Shown: positions 1-13,099, counted from the whole stretch's first letter. The stretch is 63,314 bases of DNA, filler included, from Bigelowiella natans CCMP2755 (GCA_000320545.1; 11 parts of 11 records of this genome joined end to end with filler, not necessarily neighbours in it); one strand, 5' to 3'. A program made the numbers and translations. Notes: generated by a model not told the origin, from the letters alone.

Positions 1-52
1 GTGTGTGTGTGTATTTATACACGTCGCATCATCGATTCCCCTTCTCTTTTAG

Positions 53-2023
53 AGCGACAACTACCACCTCGAAGGGTTTCGTGCAGAAGCTGCATGAGAA
101 AGCACTGTTCCGCAACCCGGAGGGGGTGTCTCTCGTAAGGGATTGCTTTCAGGCAAGAAGAAGAAGAAAGAAGAAAAAGAAAGAAGAAGAAGAAGAAGAA
201 GAAGAAGAAGAAGCAGAGGAAGAGAAAGAAGGGCACATAGGCCCCATTCTGTGGGGTGTGCGTGGGGGGGGGGGGGGGGGGGGGGGAAAAGGGGGGGGGG
301 GAGGCGTGGCAAGGGAATTGAGTAGATCTATGAGGAAAACAAACGACAACAAAAGGCAAACAATAACAACGTCCCCTTTTTTTTCTTCTTCTTCTCCTTC
401 TTCTTCTTCTCCTTCTTCTTCTTCTCCTTCTTCTCCTTCTCCTTCTTCTTCTTCTGCTGCTGCTGCTGCTAACGAATCAGGTGGAGGAATATAGCTCGTG
501 CATGTACCGCATCCCTCCCACGCCCGGGGATATGTTCAGAGCTCTCAGGGAACAACAGGTGGGGGGTGAGAGCATGGCGACGATGACGGTGACGGTGGCG
601 GTGGTGATAGTGATGATGAGGATGATCAGGATGATGATGATGATGATGATGATAGCGGTAGTGAGCTTCAAAGAAGTAGTGATCGTGCTCTAAATCATCT
701 TCATCGACGTCATGTGTCTCAACAGCCTCCTCCTCTGCCTCCCCCTCCTCCTAATCGCCCTCTCCACCACAGAACAAAAGCTGGGCGCAAGTGTGCGTCG
801 TCAAGGGCAAAAACCTGACGAAGGAGGGGGAATCAAAGGCAGATCTGATTCAAGCCCTCGAGTGCTATAAACAGGTCACCGTTCGTAACAGCAGCAGCAG
901 CTGCATTCTTTCTTCTCGCGAAGTGTCATCATATCGTCGTCGTCGTCGTAGTAGTAGTTGAGGTGGGGGGCGATATTACGTTTGGCTGCCATCATCTTCT
1001 TCATGCTCCTCTCTGTTGGTTTTCTGTCATTCACAACGCACAAGCGCACACTCACACACAAACACACACACACACACACACAAACACACACTTACCCCAC
1101 AATCACGAATGACAAGGCCTTGGATCTTGATGGTGAGAATGCAGAGGCGTATCAAGGGTACGTGGGAATGATAGTGAGAAAAAGAAGAGGGGGGGAGGGG
1201 GGGAGCTTATCGACGCATGGAACGGTTATAAAAGCGTGGTGCGCCTGCGATAATACACTCTTTGATATCCGATCGATATGCTGCTCTGGACCATAAAAAA
1301 ACAACTGCTCTCTCATCATCATCCAACTCGTTTGTGTCTGTTCAAACGTGGTGGTGAAACGACGATGACGGTGCTGTTGTTCCATGTCGTTGCAGACGGG
1401 GCGCGACTCTGATGAAATTGTCAAGGTACAGGCACATCCAGCAGCAGCGCGGCAGCGCGAGTGGGCACACTAATTTTCCCTTCCTGCTCGCAACAACGAC
1501 GACCGGCGCAAGAGTGTAGTAACGTCACTGGCAAAGATGGTGACGACGGTGGTGGCGTTGTTGATGATGATGATGATATCAATGATGGTGATGATGACGA
1601 TGATGATGAGGATGAGCATGATGACCGCCAACAGATATGAGGACGCAATCCCCGAGTTTCAGCTGTCACTGAAGGTAGAGATCACGGCGCGAAACACGGC
1701 GAGGCGATGAGTGTGATGATATACCAGGCTATTGTTTGCAGCTGCCTTCGCCCACCAGCAGCCATTGTGCTCGATCTATTTCTTTTGATGAGACATGCAG
1801 AGCAGTGTCATTGTTGTGCATCATCAACACCATCACCATCATCATCATCACCATCATCACCATCATCACTTTACGGGCTCCTCCCTGAAACCCCCCCCCC
1901 CCCCATCCTCAATCAGTACGACCCCCCGAACTTGCTCACCCGACGCGTATCTGGAAGCGTGCGAGCAATTCGCAGAGAACCGAAGATTGGTTGTGTGTTG
2001 TTTGATTCGGCTGATCTATGTGT

Positions 2024-2061
<38 letters not shown>

Positions 2062-2442
2062 TTTATAAACTAATAATACTAAATAATTACACGTGATGGT
2101 GAAACGACGATGACGGTGCCATTGTTTCTTGTTGGTGCAGTTTGGGCGCTACTATACGAAAGTTGTGAAGGTAAAACCACATCCAGCAGCAGCGTAGCAG
2201 AGGAAAGAGTAGTACATCGCGCACTCACGCGCTCTGCAATCTAGCAGCCCTTCCCCCGTTTTCTTCTCACTTCGCGACCGAAGTTATTGAGCAGCGTGCC
2301 AAAGACAGTTGTCTCTGCTTTCAGAATTTATTGTTGTTGTTGTTGTTGTTGTTGCGTGCTCATCACCTGAAACACCTTCCTCACGAACTCGCTCCCCAGG
2401 GGCCGCTCAGGGCCAGAAAGAGGAAGAAGGACAGGAAAAAGG
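53..2442 (+). CDS. TPR-repeat protein, multi-exon, 5' partial
   Basis: Phase-compatible exons (53-134, 481-558, ~773-874, 1117-1157, 1396-1425, 1635-1674, then 1917-1958, 2141-2170, ~2399-2442) give ...ALECYKQ|ALDLDGENAEAYQG|RGATLMKLSR|YEDAIPEFQLSLK, a canonical TPR. 3' end uncertain. Confidence 0.75.
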
Positions 2443-3804
2443 TCAGATATCCAAATAAAGACGGGCAGAGAAGAAAGACCCGCTTTGTCTTCATTGTCCC
2501 CTTGCCTGCCTCCCTGCCTTCCTGCGTATTAATACCCACCATCATCATCAGGAAAAGAGGAAGAAGAAGAAGAAGAAGAAAAGAGAGTAAGAAGCGTTGC
2601 AGACTACTCGAATAGTACGTGACTCCTCGTAGCGGTTCTGGAGCGACGATAAGTAGCATATATAGGCAGCAGGAGGCATACGACATATGCTTCATGTGGC
2701 GTTTGGGTTGTCATTGCGCAATCGCTCTGCCAAGCGCTGCATGGTTGTCGTTGTTATTCTTGAAATGCACGTCGCGAAGTATTTATCGCTCCTATTGCTC
2801 CAGTTACTCTATTACCACCCATTCCTACTTCCGATATCTTATGTTTCGTTGACACGGGCGACATGGTGCAAGCACGTGTCGTTCTCATGAATCCCATGGC
2901 CTTCTTGCTGTGATCGATGCATCACATGCGTGTTGTGCTGCGCTGTCATCAACATTGCGCAGCACGCACGCAGACAAGAATTAAACGAAGTCAAGCTCCT
3001 CAAAAACTAAATTTGGATAAAAATTTTGAAGCAATATATATCGCGTGTGTTGCGACTGTGATGCATACACCATGCAGGCACAAACTTAGGTCGCACTCTG
3101 TCATGTGCCAGAGTGCAAGACGGATGTAATGAATCAACGATAACAATTAAATTTGTTCACAAATAAATGGTCGATCATCCTCATGTAGCTCTGCCAGCTA
3201 GCCAGATCGAGTGTTAAACATATGCTAGATGTGGCTCAAGATGTTGCATGAGCCAGAGCGGCGGGTAGACTTTGATAGTTTGGCTAGCGAGGTGCATGTT
3301 GTGCCAACACTAGAATAGACATGACGCTGTGTCTGTAGTTATGCATGCAAGACGGATCTAATGAATCATATTAATCGGTTCAATGGTCATCCTCATGTGT
3401 CTGTGCAATGCAGCGGTGCATGTATGTCATGCAATCTAGAATAAATTTAACAATGCAATGCTAGAATGCCGTTCCAGCACGATAGTGTGCAATATGCAAG
3501 CGTAGTCATTAGAGCACATGCATGTGCACGCGCGTACAACATCTAAATACGATGTTTTTTGACTTTCTCTCGTTCTCTGTGTGCGTGATGTTGGAGCATG
3601 ATCAGACCGATTCAACGAAACCAACGAACCGCAATAACACCAGCCGGTAAAGTTCTACATTGCGACAGGTTTTGCCTAAAAATAATGGTGCTTTCGCGTT
3701 CGCTGTAATAAGGGTCAAATTGTAACACAGTCCCTTATCCGTCTGTCGCTAAGTTCTTCTGATAAGTAGTAAGTAGTAGCACATTTTGCCATTATGATTC
3801 ATTC

Positions 3805-4052
3805 TCAGTAGAGTCCCTCTATTTCCGCCAACACCACCATTTTTTCCTCCGTGTCGACGATTGGTACAAGGGCCTCCACAAAGGGGACCAGGAACGTCTT
3901 CTTGCTGCTATCCGTTGCCTCCCCATCATCACCATTCTCCCCCTCCTCCACATAGCGAATGACGAGAAGGTCCTGAATGCCATTGGACTCGATTCCTTCA
4001 ATCTGATCGGAGTAGGGGGGGAGGGGGTCGTGTGAGATTGAAGGAGGCTGAT

Positions 4053-4105
<53 letters not shown>

Positions 4106-4446
4106 AGGGGGGGGGGGGAGCAGGGGGTAGGGCGGAGAGGAGAGTTGCAGTGTAAATTGAAAGAATAACGATAATGATAATAACCCACCTGCCCGATGAC
4201 CTCCTGCGTGCTCGCAAGCACGGTGTAGTATCCAATCAAGTCGCTGGTACTAGTTGTTGTTGTTGTTATTGTTATATAAGTTGAGTGAGCTATACATCGA
4301 TGAAATATATCTCTCGTCCCGAGCATCAATGCATTCGGAATTAACCCAACGACAGACTACTATGTCGGATTGAAGTGATAACAACAACATCATCAACAAC
4401 AACAACAACAACCTAAGTTGCTTGAAGAAACGAAGGTGCTTCTGTT

Positions 4447-4489
<43 letters not shown>

Positions 4490-4696
4490 AGTTTTGCAGC
4501 GTATTCGAGGAGGAAGAGGAGGGGGGGGGGGAGGGGGAGAGGGTACCTTTCTATCTTATCCCACATTTCTGGCCACAAGCTCTCAATACCTATGATCGGT
4601 GGTAAACAACACAACATTTCTATCAATGGAAAAAGCGATGGTCACCGTGCATACACCCAGATGAACGAAAGTAAGACATAGAGAAAAAGAGAAATT

Positions 4697-4770
<74 letters not shown>

Positions 4771-5153
4771 CAGAGAGCCGAGGCCTCCTCCTCCTCCTCT
4801 CCACCATCCCCCCTCCTTCTCCAATTTGCATGTAAGCGTGTCTCATAGAGGAGGCGAAAAGCGAAGAGTCAAGATACCGTCATCGGCATCGTCATCGAAT
4901 TCCCCGACAAATTCTGCCAGCCACACATTGGAATGATGAGGGAAGAAGCATGTAAGAGCGCATTAGGCACTGTTTATCTATTTCTATTATATGTAGTGTT
5001 ATAATCCATTTAGTTACCTTCCAGAGCATCGACGAAAATACTGCCACCGACGAGCTCTCTGGCCTCATCCTTTATTTTAATGAGTAGAGGTGGGAAATGA
5101 ATATAAATTTATGTAAATTACGAAGAATTGTATATATATATATATATATATAT

Positions 5154-5192
<39 letters not shown>

Positions 5193-5697
5193 TAGATGTT
5201 ATATATTAGCCAGAGTGAGAGAGAGACAGAGACAGAGACAGAAAGAGAGAGCAGAGAACGATGAAAGAATACAATGATAAATATCCAAAACACACACACA
5301 CACACACACACACACATACCAGAGAATCCACATCCTTAATTTTGATGATGCTCTCGCTCCTACCACCTGAGATGGTTTTTACGAGGTATATCCACTAATT
5401 CAGCAATAATACAGATCTCTTCGGCCTCATCTCTTACTATTACACTACTATTACAATCCCGCCATACACAAAGACAACCACACAGCCGCAATTCGTTGCA
5501 TACTACTCAGAATCTATGCATCCCCCTCCCTCCCCCCCCTCCCCCCCCCACAGATTAGCGCTGGATTCTATCTGGAAAAGTGCCTCTCTAGATCTTTCAC
5601 CGTCAGCAGCTAAGAAGCTACCTTTCGCGACCGTCTCTCTGTTTTCTTCGATGAGAATCTCCCTTGGATCTCCTGGGTGATGTTCGGGAAGGACAGT

Positions 5698-5737
<40 letters not shown>

Positions 5738-6736
5738 AAGAGAGAGGGAGAGGGCGGAACGTAACACTCAGAACTATTGCTCGCTCACGTGGAGTTTAAC
5801 TCAAGGGATGATGCACAAGACGCATCGTAGCACGTTGGCACATATGAACCTTGCCATACACATCTTGATATGATTCGAACAAAATGCAGCTACTCGCTTG
5901 TAGCGCTATGTTCTAGCGTAGTACACACCACTCTTCCTCACCGCACAGGGGGGGCTAGTCACCCTCTCAAACTGCATTTCACAGGACAAGCGAGATGCAG
6001 ATCTTTGCAGAATAATTTCATAATTACTACATACAGACACAGAGCTAGTACCACGTTGATAACGTATCCAAAGCCGGTCCCATTCCTCCATGTGCGAGTC
6101 GGTCAGCATTTGCGCCTTTAAGTGGCCTGTGCAGTCATATGATGGGCAGTAGCAGTAATTTCGAACACTTCAGCGCTGAAGATTGGCTGTGGGAGACACA
6201 CCCTTCTACTAGATGAAGTCGTGATGATGAATTATACGAGGTACCTTTAAGGCCATGAGTACTTGTAATTGCGTAGATATCAAGTCTGAAGGACCGGGGG
6301 GGGGGAGAGGAGAGAGGGAGAGAAAGAGGCCAGATTTAGGCACCATTCTGTCGTGTCGTTGTTTGTGGATATTGAGAAATCATCATCAATCTCCTACCTA
6401 TCTTCCGGCGAAGGAACAAGAAGCTTGTTGCTAGCACCAGGCTCATTATTTCCTTCTTGTTGGCTCCCATCCCGCTGAGGCACGTCAGCATCTTCTGAGA
6501 CCTGTGCCCCCAGGGAGAAGCGTTGCGCACTTTCCTTCTCGTTTTTCTTCTTCATCGTCGTCATCATGAACATCATCCTCTTCTTCATTCCTCCGCACTC
6601 ATTAGAGTTTATAAAATCCAACGATTGTCGGTCTAGCAGCGGTGCTCGGTTGCTGCTCTCTCGTCTGACAATTCTGCGTACTCCAGCGCCGACGATACCA
6701 CTCGGGCGAATAAAAGTTCGATGGCCACAGCTCATC

Positions 6737-6790
<54 letters not shown>

Positions 6791-7112
6791 CTGATTGTGG
6801 GCCCCGGAGTCAATAGAAGGAGTAAGTAGTCAACCTCGTAAGCTGTGCAACGCAACCCTTGGCCGGCCTCAAGAAGGAACGAGGCGAGGATCGATCACCC
6901 GAGGAGGACACTACGAGGCAAAGAGCCGCCACGATTCGTAGTCCCTGAGCAAAGTAGCTCGCTATGTGAGTATGGTACCCTCCCCGTTTAAAGGGAATGA
7001 GGATGTAATCTACGATAACTGCTGCTCTGTTCTGGAGCAACATATTCAATATTACATTCCTATTCCTCCTCTTTTCTCTTACCTCAACGGAGGCCCTCCA
7101 TCGATCACGCAT
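3805..7112 (-). CDS. rimM: Ribosome maturation factor RimM, nucleus-encoded, probably organelle (plastid) targeted; about 10 exons
   Basis: Exons read LDIYAITSTHGLKG|HLKAQMLTDS...|GRSESIIKIKDVDSL|DEARELVGGSIFVD...|DLIGYYTV...IGQ|IEGIESNGIQDLLVI...TFLVPFVEALVPIVDTEEKMVVLAEIEGLY*, matching RimM N-domain and PRC barrel. Upstream exons are hydrophobic then Arg-rich (LRIVAALCLVVSS...). Start codon uncertain. Confidence 0.85.
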
Positions 7113-7374
7113 GAGGGCTGGCCTGGTGTGTCCGTTGTCGGGGGGGTGGGACCGACTCTTCTGCCGAAAACGATCGTGGTTCTATTCTACGACGGAAGAA
7201 AAGTTTATGTCGCAGAGTGTGAATACAGGCGTTCTCGTAAGAAATCCATTGGTAGAAGTTAGTCAACATTCTACCCTATAAACATCTGAAGGTGAAGACG
7301 ATTGTTGTTATTATTGTTGCGGCTGGGGAAGAAGCATCGCAGCAGAGAAGAGCATCCAGCAGGGGGGAGGGATC

Positions 7375-7683
7375 ATGAACGTTCGCGCTCTGCTTCTCCT
7401 GGTGGGAGTGATGATGGCAGCAGTCACGGAGACCATGGCAGGTCCTGGGCCATCTAGGGAAAGCGAGACGGATGACGCTCTCGGGGCTCATCACGCGGTG
7501 ATGATCATCTTCTTCGGCGCCGTCCTAGCTACAGCTTTGGGCGGATGGTAAGTGATAATAATTCCAAGCTCTTTTTGCATTCGGGAGACTCTATAACTAT
7601 GCTTGCACTCCTTCAGGTGGTGCGGAAAGCAGCTCGTCAAGGGAAATTACGTTTTCTTCAGAGAGAATGCCAAACATGACTAG
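7375..7683 (+). CDS. 79-aa single-pass membrane microprotein (signal peptide + TM), unknown family
   Basis: ATG 7375; exon 1 7375-7547, GTAAG...CTTCAG intron 7548-7616, exon 2 7617-7683 ending TAG. MNVRALLLLVGVMMAAVTETMAGPGPSRESETDDALGAHHAVMIIFFGAVLATALGGWWCGKQLVKGNYVFFRENAKHD*. Not in the ORF track. Confidence 0.75.
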
Positions 7684-7972
7684 ATTGAAAGGAAAGAGCT
7701 ATCAAGAACACATAGAAAAAAGGCCTCGGACCCCACTGTGACAATTTGCTGGTGCTGATTATTCAGTATCATTACGAAACAGCACAAAGATTCCTCGATC
7801 ATGCATAACTCCGCAATGTCAGCAATGCTCACTTCAACACTAAAGCTGCGATTACCCATCACATGTCAACTGATCATGGTGAACCCACACAATGGAAAAA
7901 AGCACACATGCATACGCATTGTACATGTATGCATGTGTATACATATGCAAACACACACACACACACACACAC

Positions 7973-8013
<41 letters not shown>

Positions 8014-8499
8014 ACTTATTAAGTCCCTGTAATATTATATATAAAATCTTTTTTTATATATATACATGTAAATGAAGAAAATTTAATTCTTCATTACATC
8101 CGTCTCACATGTACATGTACATAGCTAGACATGCGTACACGAACAGCATCTGGATAGCATGCGACTGTACATCCCGCAATTGGCGTCCCGATTGCATTGA
8201 CGCGCTACGGGTCATGTATGCATGCGCTAGGACCGATGCCATGCGTCACGGCCTACTTGTCGCTGCGGTTACCAAAATAATGCATAATAATACATACACG
8301 CTAGCACGTGCACTCGCGAATATAATCACACAAAATCGCGCAAATTTTTTGTTCATCATGCATACTAAGCAAATCGAGCACGGCACTGCTATACGCTGAC
8401 ATTTTTACAGCTCGCTTTCTTGGCTCACGTACGCGACACGGAGTTACATTGCATCGAAATAAAGAGCGGTGATGCACCTTCTCTCCTTCTTCCCCCCCT

Positions 8500-8813
8500 T
8501 TACAAATCTTTTTCAAACTCCTGCTTTAAAATAGAGCATCTACAACCACAACCGGTGGGACAAAAACCTGAAATATAAGCATTTATTACCAAAAAACAAA
8601 ATATCCCTAATGATGGTAACATTTCTCTCGAGCTTCAATAGCTCGATTGTTGAATTTGTACGCTTCTCTCAAAAAGAATGATATATCTCATGGTTTTAGA
8701 TGAGTGCTGATCTGCCTCTTACTTTCCCCACTTTGGAACCACTTTTTGAGATGCTGAAAGTGACCGCCATGATGACCTGAACATAGAAACAAAGCTTGAT
8801 CAGCGTTTTTTCG

Positions 8814-8899
<86 letters not shown>

Positions 8900-9952
8900 G
8901 GGAACTCCTAGGATTTAATTCTAGCAGAAGGAACGAGCGCGGGGTGGCGACCACGAATCACGTATCTACACATCGACGAACGACGAATGGCCAATGGCGA
9001 GGTGAGCGTTGTGCGGGGAAGACAAAAAGATACAGAAGAATCGCGGCACTGTGTTGGGCTGGATTACATTCCGGGCACGTACGGCAGAGACCGCGTACGG
9101 GGAGGCGGCAGATGGCGCATATCGGCTGATTCCGGCAACGTCTGCAAGTGAGATCGCCGCCCCCATCCCAGTCGTCATTCTCGCCCTCTCCCAAGCAATG
9201 GGCCTCGAAGTTTTTCCGACAAACGTTGCACGTGGCGGTCGTTTCGAATGCGAATTCATCGTCGTCGTCGTCGTCATCGTCGTCCTGCCGGCGCGTCCCT
9301 GTCATTCTGCCGTTGTGGAACGGGCTGCTCCTGCTACTGGTGGTGGTGTTGGTTTTCGTTGTAGAGGTAGTAGTAGTAGTAGTAGCAGCAGTAGCAATAG
9401 TAGTAGTGGTGGTGGTGGTGAAGGGGTTCATCATCATTTGAGCGGAGGGTACGGCATCAGCAGCGGCAATCGGTCCTAACCCGGAAGGAGGAGCCTTTGT
9501 AGCCTGCATCGCCTTGCCCGCGCCGCCGTGATCACGCTCAATCTCTATCGGTGAAGGTGGGGGTTTGGGCGGGGACCTCTCTAATCGGGGAGGAATGCCA
9601 ACGGCACATCGTCAATAATCATGGTGCGGAAGGAAGGCATTTCTACTACTATATTGTTCTTATTATTAATCAGTAATATTATTATTATAATGAATTGTTA
9701 TACGATGATGGGCATGATTTCGGCTCGATCAAATAGGAGGGAGAGTGTAGTTTCCCCCCCCTCTCCATTCAAGGTTGCCTCTGCGTTTGTGAAGGTTTCT
9801 GGGTGCGTACGTGGTAAGATCTGCATGGCCTTGGAGGAAGAGCTACCGCGGCCGCCCCACGAGGCCCACTTCTCATATCTATAGGTGTGAAATCGATCGA
9901 TAGGTTATGCGTGATTTATCAACATGTCGTCGTTTGTATTATATCGAGGTGC

Positions 9953-9987
<35 letters not shown>

Positions 9988-10222
9988 TGTTGCTGGGTTT
10001 TTTTTGGCTTCTTCTTCCTCCAACAAGTCGACCGGCATGAAGAGTGATGAAAAGAGTACTGTGTAACAGTAAACCATCGTGCTGTAATTCTCATTCTCTA
10101 CTGTATATTCATCTAACGAACTTCAAGATCTCGGCACGAGCTTTAAGCGCTCCCATGCGGAACAGCCATTCCTACGAAATGGTGGTATTGTTACCAACCA
10201 AATGAAGATTATATTTGTGAGC

Positions 10223-10258
<36 letters not shown>

Positions 10259-10845
10259 TGCGTGTGCGTGCTTTTACCGCATAGATGTGTCGGCATGCCC
10301 TCAGTTTCACCAGCAGCTCTGTGTCAAAGAGAAAATTATGATTTCAAACTAAAAAGAAGAAGAAGATGCAGAAGAAGAAGAAGAAGAAGAAGAAGAAAGA
10401 GGAACGCAAAGAAGTCCCCTCCCAGACTCCATGCCAAACATCACAAGTCAAGACCATGCATCATCTTCCGCGCAAAGACAACAACAACGACGGCAACAAA
10501 AATATCAGAACACGAAAGCGCACGCGCCTTCAGCGCTCGGATGTACAAGAGCACTGCACCAAAAAAAAAAGAAAAAATAGAAGCAAAAAAAAAAAGGTGC
10601 AAAATCGCCGATTCCATTAGCATATTCTCCGGATATCTATCTATCGTAGGGAGCGGCGAAGAAGTCGCAACACAAACAACGGCTGAGCTCCAACCTGCAC
10701 TCCAGCACGGGTCGTCCGCGGTTGGCAGTATTCCGTACTGGACCTGGAACGCAATGCAGATAGAAGACAGCAACGATACGAGCTGCATGTTGCCTTGCTC
10801 CAGGTACCTACCAGCGACGAAGGGATAGCAGCACAAGCCGAGAGG

Positions 10846-10880
<35 letters not shown>

Positions 10881-11020
10881 GGGTCGATGGATCATCACTA
10901 CCGAACGATGATCTTTATCGCCAAGGCGCCCAGCATTGGATGTTGATTCCACTTGAGAGCCGCAGCGACAGTCCCCAGGGATGGCTTCGTCAAGAACCTA
11001 CCAGCCGAACAACCGACGGC

Positions 11021-11052
<32 letters not shown>

Positions 11053-11650
11053 CGCACACACGCACGCACACAGCATTCACGCATTTGAATGCATTTCCTC
11101 CCGGAGGGCAACGGGTCGAGAGTGGTATTCTCGTCGTCGTATTCAGTTGTTTTATCCTGGTCATCATCAAACGCTACTGTTACGACTGCTACTACCGGAA
11201 CATGTGGAGCACCATGGCGTCCTCCGTGCAACCCTGGCATTTGTATCATCTTCCCTTTGCTGCTGCTGCTGCTGCTGCTACTACTGCTGGCATCGTTGCT
11301 TATTCTTCTTCTTCTTCTTCCACAATAAGGGTCCTCATGATCACCAACTCTGTCGCTCCTTTCAAATGGCACCAGCTGCTGCTGTTTTTCTGCACCGTAA
11401 CCATAACGCGTCGTCGTCAGTACCCTCATTATCATCATCATCAAGATACATTGCAATCATCAAGATACATCATCATCATCATCATCATCGCCATTATCAC
11501 CACCTCGCAGCGCATACGCGGGGGAACTCTTGAATAACACGTGGGGGATAAAACAGCACTTACGAGCGCGAAGATCGTCTCCAGGGCACTTGATAGATAG
11601 GCTGCGGCAGAGGTCCACGGCAAACGGCAGCAGATTTGAGTATACTTTGA
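8500..11650 (-). CDS. WDR59: GATOR2/SEACAT subunit WDR59 (SEA3)-like, C-terminal part, 5' partial
   Basis: Spliced motifs WNQHPMLG...RYLEQGNMQLVSLL, EWLFRMGALKARAEILKF, and C-terminal CAICRLPVRGLCRTCPEC|HHGGHFQHLKKWFQSGES|FCPTGCGCRC; stop TAA 8500-8502. W..HP and CPTGCGC.C favour WDR59 over WDR24. Confidence 0.8.
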
Positions 11651-11805
11651 GAGCGACGCACCTGAGGAAGCAAAGGATGACAACGCATGGTGGTGATGAT
11701 AATGATGATGATGATGATGGCGGTGTTAAGGTTGATGATTCATACGTTGCTTTCGGATGATGATGATTTTGGTAAATCGGATGCGAGCCGTGATAGTGAT
11801 ACACA

Positions 11806-11879
<74 letters not shown>

Positions 11880-11949
11880 TAGCTGTTATGCACACGAACA
11901 CGAGTATGTACAAAAGGACAGGTAAACACACACACACACACACACACAC

Positions 11950-12049
11950 NNNNNNNNNNNNNNNNNNNNNNNNNNNNNNNNNNNNNNNNNNNNTTAATTA
12001 ATTAANNNNNNNNNNNNNNNNNNNNNNNNNNNNNNNNNNNNNNNNNNNN
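11950..12049. other. Artificial assembly spacer
   Basis: 44 N + TTAATTAATTAA (stops in six frames) + 44 N. Confidence 0.98.
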
Positions 12050-12102
12050 TACTACTACTACTACTAATGCTGATATTACCTGTGCAAAACGTTCTTATGA
12101 AG

Positions 12103-12200
12103 GACGCAACAGGGCGCAAGATGTCGTTGTAGAGGTTGAACGTGTTGTGGTCAGAGTTCTCTGGCAGGACGAGATGCTGCAGGGAACGGCAATGGTAGTA

Positions 12201-12236
<36 letters not shown>

Positions 12237-13053
12237 AATGATGAGATTGATGGTAAAAAATTAAATACTATTCGTGATGTTGATGATGACGATGACGACG
12301 GTGAAGATAACGTCGCTGCTGCCGCACCTTTCTCTTGGAGGAGCACGCGTTGTAGAGGTCAGTGGCCATGCTGTAGGGAATCAGCCTATCTTGCTTTCCT
12401 GATGATGACGATGATAATGATGATGATGGCGATGCAAGGGGGGGGGAGGAGAGAAGAATGCTACGACATCAAAGTACTACGTGGCGCTCATTCTCGAAAC
12501 ATGATATCAACACATCATTTTCCTCCCTTAATCTCTCGCTGTGCCGATGCTATTCTATGTGTCCAATTCTCGCACGCATCCCCCCCCCTCCCCTCCCCTC
12601 CCCTCCCCTCCCACGCACACACATAATATCATAAACAGATGCAGCTCCGTGTTCTTCTCACCGTGGATGATAAGCAAAGGAGACTGTACGTGTGTAATCT
12701 CCTGCGAATACACAAATACATATGCATGGGTGAAACGCAATGCTGCCGTGAGTGCGTGTGTTTGTCTGTGCGAGGCGATTTGTCATCGCATCTATTAAGC
12801 ACACTGATGCTTTCCGTTCTCCATGCTCTTTTTATTGCATCGATTCTGCATACCAGGACCAAGCTAAATCATTCAATTGAGAATACCAACCTCTATATTT
12901 TTCCAGCGCTCTGCTACGACAACATCGGCCGCAATGCCTTCGATCATATAATGAGCATTCGTTTGTATGTGCCTTCACACCCACCCCCCCCTTATCCCCT
13001 CTGCCTTCAAACACAATATCTTCGTGTACAACATACGCGCGCGCGCGCGCGTA

Positions 13054-13099
<46 letters not shown>

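Noticed and set aside
151-158. Apparent GC-AG donor (CAG|GCAAG) in the first TPR intron
   Set aside because: A stronger in-phase GTAAGG donor exists at 135.
2166-2168. In-frame TGA as selenocysteine or a recoded stop
   Set aside because: TPR position with no Sec precedent, no SECIS identified, and other genes here use TGA as a normal stop (ALG12, DOT1-like).
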